DNA of 64,000 nucleotides, taken from NCBI GenBank assembly GCA_032718475.1, contig JAUCBJ010007289.1, forward strand, positions 62,001 through 126,000. Direction: 5' to 3'. Each line of letters opens with the position of its first letter. Positions within the stretch are counted from its first letter, which is position 1. Source of the DNA: Nemertoderma westbladi (taxonomy: Eukaryota > Animalia > Xenacoelomorpha). Positions 37,901 through 49,869 of this stretch are shown piece after piece. The notes under the pieces were generated by a model. The model ran no database searches, was not told the DNA's origin, and saw only the letters and a list, made by a program, of their open reading frames with translations. Made by a program: the position numbers and the translations under genes.

Positions 37901-40215
37901 AGCTCAAACTCGTGGACTCCCCTCTGGATAATCAAATAATTGCAACCGACTTGAAGCTAGCAAATCTACTGTTAGGTCTAATGGCTCATGGATCAAATCA
38001 TCCTTGCAGCTGGTGCGATGTACATAAATCTCAGCTTTCACAATGATCAGGCCATCTAAGGACGCTTCAAAATATAGAAGATAAATTCTGGAGTTGGTTT
38101 ACTGCTGGGGTAAAGAGCTCAGAAGCAAAGAACTTCGGAAATGTTGTACATATTCCACCATCTCTCGGGTCCAAGGAAAGCTTGGTATTGGACGTCATAT
38201 CTCCGCCAGAGCTGCACTTGCTGCTTGGGACTGTCAATGCAATGTTTAATAGCATTCTTCTCGAAAGCTTCTCCTTTCCATTGATCTGTTGTCATCCTTG
38301 GTCCCTCTTCATTGTTTCAAATATGTAGCAGCATTTCGTGCCTTTGATAGTGTGGTCTCATCTTGCTTTGGACACGAACTAGAAGTTGGCTACAAGGATA
38401 AAATAGCTCAATTCAAGAATAGCTATATTGATCTTGGAATTAGTGTGACCCCAAAGGTACACACTGTTTTTTTTTCATATCGAGCAATTTGTGGAGTCAA
38501 GAGGTAAAGGGTTGGCAACATGGAATGAGCAAGCTTCAGAATCAGTCCATTCAGATTTTCAAACCACTTGGCAACACTTCAAAGTACCTGACTCCCATCC
38601 AGACTATGGCACCCAGCTTCTTCGTGCAGTTAAAAACTATAACTAAAGGATATAATTCCTTTATTTGGGCACTTTTTAGTGTTATTTGGGTGTTGGGTGA
38701 TATTTTAGGTGTTTAATTATTTTAGTATTTTTTGTTTTATAGGAGTTCATCAGCTCAACTTAATTCATTTCTAAACATATTTATGCGATATAAAGCAGTC
38801 CAAAAAATTGTAATAGGCCAAAGAAAATGTTAATAATTTAATTATTACAGTGTATATTATATTGAATTATAGATTATTTCAAGAATTTAGATCGAGTAGG
38901 TAGGAGATACGAAAAATCTGGGTTCATTTTAGAAATCAGCGCAAAAATCCGGCTTAGAAAAATTTAGTTTAAGATGGAAAATGCCAAAATGAAAAATACT
39001 TGTAATTTTCATGCCAAACCAATTTTTGACGCACTCTAACCCATTTTTTTGAACTCAGGGATATCGAAAACCTCTAAAAATTATAAATTGGAGCTATACA
39101 ACTTGTTTAAGATAGTTTGAAAATTTCAAAAGTGGGTGCAGACATGTCAAAAATGAAAAATACTTGTAATTGTCGTGCCAAACCCAATTTTTGACGCACT
39201 CTAACCAGTTTTTTTGAACTCAGGGATATCGAAAACCTCTAAAAATTATAAATTGGAGCTATACCACTTGTTTAAGATAGCTTGAAAATTTCAAAAGTGG
39301 GTGCAGACATGTCAAAAATGAAAAATACTTGTAATTTTCGTGCCAAAACAATTTTTGTAATAGTTATGTCAATTAAACAACTTCATAATTGTAATCCAAT
39401 CCGGTATTCGAAATAAAAACGTGCCTATATGTGTACATATAGGCTGTACTGTAGGCTGTACTGCACTATACTGTAGTATACAGTAGTGAAATAGCAAGTT
39501 AAGTAATTCAATCAATCTCTGCTAAATATTATATTCTAGAGCTTTTGAATTTGCCTCCTTTTTATTAACAAATCCTAAATGGAAAAGAGTGGCTTAAAAA
39601 GGAAGTATTATCTGGCATCAGTAGTATTTTTTATCGATAACCATAATTATTCGCTATTTAAATTATATTTAGCTCGACCAAATTTGTCAAAACATGTATA
39701 TATATTTGGAACCACTGAATGTAGTATCTCCAAATACACTGTAAACAAGGAAAACTAGCAGTTACGAAAAATCTGGGTTCATTTTTGAAATCACGCAAAA
39801 ATCCGGCTTAGAAAAATTTAGTTTAAGATGAAAGTTTAATTTTGAAGTGTTTTGTAATTTTGAAAGTGGGTGCACACATGCCAAAATGAAAAATCCTTGT
39901 AATTTTCGTGCCAAATCAATTTTTGACGCAATCTAACCCGTTTTTTTGAACTCAGGGATATCGAAAACCTCTAAAGATTATAAATTGGAGCTACACCACT
40001 TGTTTAAGATAGGAATTATAAATTAATACATTTTGAAAATTTCAAAAGTGGGTGCAGACATGTCAAAAATGAAAAAAGCCTGTAATTTTAAAATAGCTCC
40101 ACAAAATATTAACTTTTTTTCGTTTTTTTAACAACTATACCAATACGAGTGGGATAAAACAAACAGCTCTACTGGAAAATTTTTTTCGACTAAAATTTAG
40201 TTTGGGCACACTGTG
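34990..40215 (+). mobile_element. Chapaev-type (CMC) DNA transposon with long structured TIRs
   Basis: Termini CACAGTGTGC...GCACACTGTG; hundreds of bp of inverted identity with about 121-bp subrepeats; apparent 2-bp TSD CA. Confidence 0.88.
36615..38646 (+). pseudogene. Chapaev transposase, disrupted
   Basis: Chapa-like domain H-x7-CLIC...D..LP.AVCATC; GIDGGGGFIK; TDLKLANLLLGL..HPCSWC; PELHLLLG; VTPKVH; EQASESVHSDF, in several frames with stops. Confidence 0.85.
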
Positions 40216-40859
40216 CAGAAGGCCGATTATAGTAGTAGTAGCAGTTTCTTATATCTGTATTATTTGTAGGTCAGTCATCCCATTTTTTTTAAATTCTGCC
40301 TGCATTCCTGAATATTGCTGGTTCAAGACAGTCATGGCAAACTTCACTTTGTCATTCATGTGGTATTTTATCTGGGCTTCATTCAATACGTTTCGCAATT
40401 TTGTCCAGAATACCTGATTTACTCAAAAGTTGTAAGGGGTGACTAACGATACATGTGTGGTGATATGATCCGGCAGTCACAACATACCGGCCGGTAACAT
40501 ATAATGTGAACTGGAAGGTCAGACTCAACCGCAGATAACTAAACTGCAAGCCTAACTAAGGAAAAACCAAACTGAAAGTAGTTATTGAGTCAGTGTATAC
40601 TACACATACACCTTTGTGATACATGGTGAACTTTCTGATTTATTGTGAAGCATGTGCTACAAATTAACCTCATTGGTGATCTCCATGCACAAGTTGATGA
40701 AGTTCTGGATGATGCATTTCAGCACTACTCCAATCAGCTAAATATAATGATATAGAATTTAAATTGAAGAAGTTTGGAATTCCATTCAGACACCGTTTTA
40801 ATTGGTCAACTTATCAATTCCTTAAAGCTATGAATGATACTGCATTAAAAGAAATTGAG

Positions 40860-41415
40860 CAATGCCAAAGGCAGCCTTGAATAGGCTTTCCAGGATTTGG
40901 AAGTCACCGAGAATTAATCGGAAACTTAAGGTCCGATTATTTAGAGCAGCAGTAGTTCCAGTACTCCTCTATGGGAGTCCATGCTGGGCTCTAACTGCTG
41001 AGGACACCAAATATCTGGATGGCACATTCACAAGAATGCTACGCCGGGTTCATTGTGTCAAGTTCAATACACACATCTCCAACCAGACACTATATAACAT
41101 TGGAGGTGTCTCATTGGTTCCCCCAAGCTTGGCACTAAAACAAAGCCGCCTCCGCTTTGCAGGACATTGTATTCGCTGTGAGGACCAGCCAGTGCATAAT
41201 CTTGTACTTTGGCAGCCTCATGGAGTGAATAAGAATGGCGGACAGCCCATGACTTTCTTGAGACGCATCTTAAAGGACACTGGCCTTGAAGATGCAGATG
41301 ATCTAGCAAATGTCATGGGTGATAGGGAGTTGTGGCGGTGCAATTTTGTTGATAAGCCGGCACAGCATTCTTAAAAATGCAGCTGCAATGCAGCATGCCG
41401 ATCCTAGTAGTAGCA
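40860..41415 (+). mobile_element. 5'-truncated RTE LINE (ORF2 C-terminus intact)
   Basis: AALNRLSRIWKS..LKVRLFRAAVVPVLLYG..W...LDG..TRMLR...RLRFAGHCIR and short (TAG)n tail. Confidence 0.9.
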
Positions 41416-41569
41416 TTATATGAGATTGTGATTGGCATTGTGCTGGTAAAGTTGGGTTAGTTTGCATGGTGGTTTGTTGTGTAATGGGTGAGGGTTGGGT
41501 CAGAGCTGGGACTACACGGAGGTTGCGTATAAGTGGTAACGTGGCACTCCCATACCCAATCATAGCCAG

Positions 41570-42282
41570 AGGATCACCCTGGGTAAACCACTCCTGACTC
41601 CAGAGTGTTAATTACTAGACGACGAGCTAGTCCGGCCACTGATTCACGGAAATGGGAACTATGGGAGTCATCATGAGTGAGGAGTGTATGCCAGAGCTCA
41701 GCGTCACCACATACTGGGCCAATTATATCCACTCCCTCAAATGAAGGAAGGGCTGTATGTGTGCCTGTCTTGAAGGCATTGGAACTGAGGGGCATTTGAG
41801 CCGGATGTTTCCTGGAGAGGACATCTTGATTGGATATGCCTGGAGGCTGACCCTCAGCTTGATCATCAGGAAGAAGAACCCCACCTCCCTCACAATCGAT
41901 TATGGTACGAACTGCAGATCAATTCATCCCTGCAATGATTTTGCGGTTGAATTGTTTGGCTGAATTCTGGGGATTTTTGTGTGATTTGGTTGGGAATTTA
42001 GAACTGCATCTCTGGGCCTCTGCAATTAGGGCATCAAAATATCCATGTTGCCAAATTCCAAACATCGTAGAACTTATCAGTGGATGTCAGGGCTTTTTGA
42101 CATGTCAGTGTCACATTGGAAGACTACAGCTATGCAGCTAAGGATGCGCTCAGATGGGAAAACTCCCCTTGTTAGGTGATCTACCTCGGTGGACAGGATA
42201 TCGGCAACCTTACGGCTGACGTTACCTCCTGGGACAGTATAGAGATGGCAGGGGAGTTTCGCGAGTACTTCATTCTTGGTTG
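41570..42282 (-). pseudogene. Decayed CRE-like retrotransposon ORF fragment
   Basis: YTVPGGNVSRK, RKHP, GPVCGDAE and RESVAGLARRL parallel KLPSGKAGK, MKHP, GPSGLDAE and NSIAGVAQRL in ORF 28050. Confidence 0.6.
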
Positions 42283-43101
42283 TTAAGGGGGGGGGGGGGG
42301 GGGGGGGGGGGGTATACCCCCCCTCAGGTAAAATTTTCAAATTATTATTTATTTATTTCACCTACAGCAGAATTTAATGAGAATTACAAATGTGTAAACC
42401 GCTTAGTAAGACCTATTTCACTTCTCGAGTTATCACTGTTTCTCCGTATGACGGTCTGTCCATCAAATTGTAAGAAAGACAGAAGACCGACAGACAGACA
42501 GATAGACTAGACTCCACCAAAAATTAAAACTGACATCGGAAATGAAATCAGCGACCCCGAAAACCCCCGTAATGAACATTTTAGCTCGTTGGTGTGCATC
42601 CTTCGTGCCAGAAATAATTAACCAACCAGAACACAGACAGCCAATTTTGGCGGGATGGTTTAAACTTTGAAGGGCATTTTCTCGGAATGACATTTTTCAC
42701 TTTCAAATTACTACTCCTCCGTCATTTTTCAACCAATTTTCTTCGTTTATGGCTCATTCGAACGAGCTTTGGAAGCTCTTTAAAAGTTCTCTTATGGAAT
42801 TTTGATAAGTACTACCATTTTTTCTAATTAGCCATTTTTAATTAAAAATATGATAATTAATTAATTAAATGTTTAATTATATAATTGAATTATATTATTG
42901 AGAATATACCATATACATTTACCGTTTAATATTTGTGGATTTTAATAATATACTGTATTAATAGTTGTATTGAGTTATATTAGTTATATTAGTTATCTTA
43001 GTTGTATTGATCCAGTAACTCCCGTAGCGATGCGCATTGCGTTCTGTCGGTTTTGGAGTCTCCAATTATTATTCCATGTTTTTCAACGCAGTAACAGCTA
43101 A

Positions 43102-46100
43102 CTAACGATGTTGGTCTGGGTGCTCAAAGAGGCCGCCTGGAGAAGGTCCCGCCGTCGCTAGGATGGAAGCGGCATTACCCACGAGAATGGCTATACCAAT
43201 TCGCTGTAGAAGGAACCGGTGAGAGCGGGGTTCGTGGGTAACTATCTGCAGACGGGAACCAATCTCATGGAGGAAGTTGGAGGTCTCCGGGCCGGGGCGA
43301 CCCAAGGTTTCAAAGGCCACGGGATGGAAGATGTGGCCTCGCTCCATCACCTCGTTGTAGGTGGCATTTTTGCCACGTTCTGCTCCCTCCACGGTGCGCC
43401 CTCCGGCAATTAGCGTCTGGTGCACATGGCTTGGTGCCAGCGGATCGACCACTGTGGCATCCCAGGTGAGGGTTCGGCCCTGGGACCATGGAACCAGGGT
43501 GACTCCATCTACCCTCTTCCCATCATTCCTGCAGAGGCCTGGGGGCTCCAGGATGGAAGGGACCCCACAGCTGACCAGCGCCCGCCTCACAATGTCATTC
43601 AACATCGCATGGCGGGCATGACGGCCAGCGCTCCTCCGACAGGAAAGGCCGTGGAGGCCATTCGCAGCCACTGGAGTTCCACATCGATCGCATGTGTGGG
43701 GTTCCACTACTTTACATCCAAGGCGAGTGGCAATGGCGATTCGAAACTGCGAATTCGAAAGCTTCAGTCCTAATGAGGCGCTAGGAAGTGCATCGATCCA
43801 GCAGCCCGCAGTAGGGTCAGCGAGGGAGTTCAAACGGGCGAGATCAAGGGGTGTAGCCACGAGGCGTAGGGTGGCGAGATTCTCCTCGTGAACTGGGAGC
43901 ATCCAGGCTCTCTGACTCGATACAGCGGGAGGTGGTGCTGAATCTCGCGGTAGGGATGCACTTCGGGTAGCATGGGCCGACTCCATGTATGGTCCAGGAG
44001 ACCCATCGGACTGGTGTAGACGGTTGGAGAGCTCGGTACAGGCAGCCGCTGAAGCCAAAAAGGCAGAGGGTGCGAGCTGCACCGCCGAGCTCAATCCTAG
44101 TCCACCCAATCGTGCTGGGAGGCAGGCCTGGGCCCAGGCTTGATCGCCAATGTCGGTATTGGCGACCTCTTGGAGGGCACTTCGGAGGATTCGGTCGTAG
44201 TCCCTGAGAAGTGCTGGGAACTGGAAGCAGGGAGCCGTCCTGAGGAAGTACGTAAGCCGTGGCATGGCGAACGAGTTCCTCAGGAGGAAGAAACCGTGGT
44301 GGGCCTCCAGCAGTGGAAGACGGCTGACAAGCGTGGAGAGGTCCCCCACCTTTCTCGTCAGACAGGAGGTGATGGCAGTTTCACCAATCGGAGACCCCAG
44401 CATTGTTAACTGGTCCAGTGGAGGGTACTGGATACCCGGGCAAATGGCATCAAATGCTGATCGTATTTGGGCCTGGGACTCCTCTGACTCAGTACCCAGG
44501 AAGAACACCTCGCTCTTCTTTGGGTTGATAGATAGCCCATATCCCTTCCCTTCGTTAATAACCTTCTCCAGGTCCTGTAGGACAGTGCGATAGTCATCAG
44601 CAATGTTCCCATCATCCAGGTACCAGACATTGAAGCGAGATTCCAGCCCCTGGATGATTGGATTCGCAGTATCCCCGAAGAGGCGAGGTCCATCAGTATC
44701 CCCCTGTTGTATTCCCTCGTCGGAGAGGATGGTGTCATTACCATGGAGAAGGAAGGTTGCCGCTCCATACGCCGCGAGGGTGTAGTTATAGATGGAGGGA
44801 TACTGGGAATGTATGCTCTCCAGCATGGTGTCTCGTCTAATGGAATTAAACGCGTTGCTGAAATCAACTTTAAGTAACACCGTCCCCGGATGGTTCTCAC
44901 CACACACAAGTGCCCTTGTAGCATGGACTGCCGCCTCAGCGCCAAGCTTGCAACCAATTCCTAGCTGCACTGCCCCATATGACTGGGTCCGTAGGTCCGC
45001 CACTATGTAACCGACGAACTTTCCACATAGCCGTCGTAAGGTGACCCCAACAGCAATAGGGCGGATTCCACCACCTCTCTTTGTGAAGGCAAAAAGATTA
45101 GCCCCAAAGAAAAGTGGGCGGACAGGAACTGGTATCTCGCCTGCAACAGTGCTGTCAACAAAACATGCAAGGGATGCGAGTAGGCGCTCACCTGCTTCAC
45201 CATTGGTAGGTGAAACTAAATCCTTCAGAATCTGGGGACGCAGCCCATCTGGCCCACCTGCACTTCCACTGGGGAATGAAGCGATTAACTGCCGAAGAAT
45301 GGTGGGAGAGCAGGGTCGAGCGGCTTGAGTAACTGGTGGGGGTGGTTCTCTCCTATCAAGGGGTCGGGGTGGGTGTTTCTCCTGTAGACCTAAACGTGTC
45401 TCTGGTGTATCTGGGGCGATAGTATCCCTTGAGGATGCCAACCTGATGGCTCCCTTAATGTCCCCATCCTCTATCTTCTCGGCAACCGCTGTGGCTAGGC
45501 GAATGGAGTCCCCTTGGATCTTTTGTGAAACTGATCTCGGGGGAACAGACCGTGGCGGAGGGAGACCCAGGCCCCCTTGAGTCATAGCTCGGAAGTCCGC
45601 AATCTTCTGGTTGACATGAGTGGCAAGGGATCGATGGTGCTTCCTTCCACCTCGTCTAGGGGCCGGGATACAGCAGTGTCCAACCATGAGTAACCGGACC
45701 CAAGCCTGTATGTTCAATGGGTCTTCCGCTACCGTAGTTAAGATTTCACCCAATAGGTCCGCTAAGCTGGTCCTCGATGCCTTAGGGACATGTCTCAACT
45801 GGCGACATCGCCATCCCTGTAACTGATTAAGAATATCCCTGTCTGATGGCTCCACTGTCTCACCAGATGATTGGCTTCCCAAATGGGTTTGGGGACCAGT
45901 TGTCATTCCTGCAGGGTGATCTGACCCTGGGCAACGTTGGGAGACTGGTCCGTGAATGCGTAGAGTACCATTTGCTTTGATGGCCACTAACCGCGCGCAC
46001 GATGGACAATGGGTACTGAGGGCGCTGGTGCGTACCGTTGGGCCGACATCAATATTGGTGGGAGCTGACAAACCGATGTCCAGACTAGAAGGGGCGGAAC

Positions 46101-48022
46101 AACCGACACCCAGAGGGTTGGGGATGGAATGATCGACACCCAGGCTGGTAGAGGCGGAATGACTGACACCCGCACTGGTAGGGAGGGAGTGACCAACACC
46201 CAGACTGTGAGGGGCTGACTGACCGACACCTGGACTGGTTGGGGCGGAATGACCGACACCTGGACTGATAGGGATGGAAAGACCGACACCTGGACTGGTA
46301 GGGACGGAATGACCGACATACTGACTGACACCCGGACTGGTAGGGACGGAGTGACCAACACCTGGGCTGGTTCGGACGGAATAACCGACACCCGGACTGG
46401 TAGGGACAGAAAGATTGACAACCGGACTGATAGGGATGACTGGGACCGACTGAGCGAGATCTGGACTGGTAGGGATGGCATAACCGACACCCGGACTGGT
46501 AGGGACGGAATAACTGACACCCGGACTGGTAGGGGCAGAAAGACTGACAACCGGACTGATAGGGATGACTGGGACCGACTGAGCGAGGTCTGGACTGGTA
46601 GGGACGGTATAACCGACACCCGGACTGGTAGGGACGGTATAACCGACACCCGGACTGGTAGGGACGGAATAACCGACACCCGGACTGGTAGGGGCAGACT
46701 GACCGACATACTGACTTATACCCGGACTGGTTGGGACTGAATAACCGACACCCGGACTGGTAGGGGCAGAAAGACCAACAACCTGACTGATAGGGACAGA
46801 CTGACCGACACCTGGACTGGTTGGGACGGAATAACCGACACCCGGACTGGTAGGGGCAGACTGACCGACATACTGACTTATACCCGGACTGGTTGGGACT
46901 GAATAACCGACACCCGGACTGGTAGGGGCAGAAAGACCAACAACCTGACTGATAGGGACAGACTGACCGACACCTGGACTGGTTGGGACGGAATAACCGA
47001 CACCCGGACTGGTAGGGGCAGAATAACCGACACCCGGACTGGTAGGGGCAGAATGACCGACACCTGTACTGGTAGGGGCAGAATGACCGACACCCGGACT
47101 GGTAGGGACGGGATAATCGACACCCGGACTGGTAGGGCAGATAACCGACACCCGGACTGGTAGGGGCAGAATGACCGACACCCGGACTGGTCGGGACAGA
47201 ATGACCGACACCCGGACTGGTAGGGACGGGACTGACCGACACCCGGACTGGTTGCGACAGGAATAACCGACACCCGGACTGGTCGGGGCAGAATGACCGA
47301 CACCCGGACTGATAGGGACCGACTGACCGAACACCTGGACGGGTTGGGACGGAATAACCGACACCCGGACTGGTAGGGGCAGAATGACCGACACCCGGAC
47401 TGGTAGGGGCAGAATGACCGACACCCGGACTGGTAGGGGCAGAATGACCGACTCCTGGACTGGTAGGGGCAGAATGACCGACACCCGGACTGGTAGGGGC
47501 AGAATGACCGACACCCGGTCTGGTAGGGACGGGATAATCGACACCCATACTGGTTGGGACGGAATAACCGACACCTGGAACTGGGGGACCCGACTGGTAA
47601 GACACCAACACTGGGGGACCCGATGAGTAGGCCGGGGATACAGCACCAATTTGCGGGGTTAACGTGCAGTCCGGGTCGAATTCTCCTGGGGTTAGAGTCT
47701 GGTCCATCAGGTCGTCGAGCTCCTCCAGGGTTGAGTTTATAACTTCCGGGGTTACATAGCCGTTATGCGCAAGGTCCGCTGTGGCTTGACGCGTTTTCCA
47801 TCTGGGCGAGTTGGATACCAGATAGTCGAGAACCCCGTGGCCCGCGGAACCGCTGTACCTCGGGGGCATCGCGAGACTATCTGGATCGGGTGAGCTCGGC
47901 CCGTTCACGCACGAGTTCTGCTCCAGAGGTTTGCAGGAGGAACAGGGAACTCCCGCACAAGCACACTTGCACCCTCGGCAAGAGCCGCTGCGACACTTGC
48001 AGCAGCGCTGGGATGGCGCCAT
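43102..48022 (-). CDS. Cys-rich head - PTSP decapeptide repeats - CCHC finger - RT - RLE (about 1639 aa if the net +1 frameshift in the repeats is corrected)
   Basis: ATG at 48022 (MAPSQRCCKCRSGSCRGCKC); CPSC-x12-H-x6-C; RPIAVGVTLRRL, DFSNAFN, GIQQGD, WYLDDG; CDRC..HGLSC, RHARH, KRVDG, WDATV, PVAFETLG. Confidence 0.85.
46050..47640. repeat. 30-bp coding minisatellite (about 50 units)
   Basis: Plus-strand unit TGGTAGGGGCAGAATGACCGACACCCGGAC, with longer variant units. Confidence 0.95.
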
Positions 48023-48251
48023 GTAGGGGAATCCGCTCGAAAATCCGGCGATAGATCGTTCACGTTGCGATGTAGCAGCCTATCAGTATATTGCACCGTG
48101 GTGACGTCAGCCGTGACGTCAACAGTCAGTACACCAGTATTCTTATATTCTTATTTTAATTAAATTAATTAATTAAAATAAAATTGGCTAATTAAAAATT
48201 CTATAAGATAAGTTTTGTGGAGTCGATCACGCTGAGTCCAAAAAAGTTTGT

Positions 48252-48351
48252 TTCAAGAAATTTGGACCAAAATTCAGGGACTAGTAGCAATTCTAGTGAA
48301 ATTCAAGAAATTTGGACCAAAATTCAGGGACTAGTAGCAATTCTAGTGAAA
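48252..48351. repeat. Exact 50-bp tandem duplication
   Basis: TTCAAGAAATTTGGACCAAAATTCAGGGACTAGTAGCAATTCTAGTGAAA occurs twice. Confidence 0.9.
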
Positions 48352-48623
48352 TCTTTAATTCCGCCACCAGCCGCTAGGGGGAGGCTACAAATTTTCAAAT
48401 TTTACTATAAAGGCTATTTGGCCTTCCATACAGTGGTTGACCATGACAAAATAGCAATATTATCACTTAACTCTAATTGACAGCCATTTTACAAAAAAGT
48501 TCATGGGGGGGGGGGGGGGGGGGGTATACCCCCCCCCCCCCTTAATTGTGGGCAATATGATTAGACTTTAGTCTTATTGTACGCGATATCGGTAAGCTAT
48601 CTGTTTAATTATTTCGTACAGAC

Positions 48624-49586
48624 ATGGACAACCGAGAATACCAAGAATACTTTAAGAAAGGATTTACATACAAGGAAATATCTTGCTTACTGCGTGAAGA
48701 GCATTTTGAGGATATTTCTATACAAACAATTCGTCGACGATTGGGCGATATGGAGTTGCACAAGAGGTTTCAAATCGAAGGGTTACCTGAAATAGATAGT
48801 GCAATTCTTGCGGAGCCTTCTTCTGGCTATAGACATATGAAGAAAATACTGCTGTTCAAGTATGGCCTCTTTGTCCGTGAGGAAATTGTGGCCTTCATTC
48901 AGAAAGCCTTAAATTCCGATCTAGTAAAGCAACGCCTGGGAAATAAACTTGTGAGACGATATAATCCATATGGACGGATGGGATAAGCTAAAGCCATTTG
49001 GCTTTAGAGCTCATACCAGTCATGGCTGCATCGACTGTTATAGCCGTATATTAATCTGGCTGTCTGCACAATGGGGGGCGTGCCAAATTTGATACGTTCA
49101 GATCGAGGAACAGAAAACGTGAATGTGGAAACCATTCAACGTTCTCTACATTTTCCAAACCGTGACAATGGTGCTTTGGCCGGGAAAGTTGTCTTGTATG
49201 GGAAAAGTTCCTTAATTCCAAAGAATCGAGGCCTGGTGGACGAAATTTCCCCAACTCGGATTTCATCTTTGGATGGACCAGTCATGGTGCTAGATTACGA
49301 GAGATTAATTGATACATCTAACGTCCTACATATAGAGATAATACGCTATGTTTACCTGGATTTGCTGCAAAGGACTCTAGAAAATGTGCTCCAGGTATGG
49401 AACGCACACCGTTTGAGGAAGAGTGGGATTATATCCAAGGGTGGTAAGCCAAGTATAATGTATCTTGACAAACCAAAATATCTTAGACCAGTAGCTGCTT
49501 CTTCAATTGAGCAGGTGAAATGTTTTGCGTATGCTGTGCCGAACTGTATCGAATCAGTGAAAAACTTTTGTCAGTATATTAATTAA
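48624..49586 (+). pseudogene. IS3EU-like (eukaryotic IS3/IS481-type) integrase-core transposase remnant
   Basis: N-terminal HTH (GFTYKEI..L...ISIQTIRRRL); GYR; HMDGWDKLKPFGF..HGCIDCYSR; IRSDRGTEN; QRIEA; WNAHRLR; frameshifted. Confidence 0.75.
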
Positions 49587-49869
49587 TGAATTATCATTTT
49601 AAACAACCAACATAATGTGTAAATCTTGGGTATTGTAAAGCGAGGGCGCTGTACTATTATTATGAAGGAAATTGATTCATATATTTAGTAAGATACATAC
49701 ACATTTGCCTTACTACTGTATGTATTTATTTCAATTGTATTTGACGTGCATTTTTTGTTCCCCAACTTGTATATAGTTGTCATTAAATAAGTATAGGTAA
49801 CAATTACTGAACATATGATTTATAATTATTAAAAACTTTTTAAATATTTGATTAAACCAATGCTATTAT

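Larger units (their letters stand above)
42870..48162 (-). mobile_element. Near full-length CRE-like non-LTR retrotransposon
   Basis: Candidate TSD AATTAATTAATTAAA (42855-42869, 48163-48177; low complexity); short 5' UTR; RT and RLE ORF. Confidence 0.85.
42287..48541. mobile_element. TTAA-flanked non-autonomous element (Kolobok-like) hosting the second CRE-like element
   Basis: TTAA|G(n)TATACCCCC ... GGGGTATAC(n)|TTAA. RR..YY ends with TTAA TSD fit Kolobok. The flanks are not obviously contiguous sequence. Confidence 0.6.

Noticed and set aside
46249-47626. Plus-strand TDTRTGRDG repeat ORFs
   Set aside because: Antisense shadow of the coding minisatellite; no independent support.
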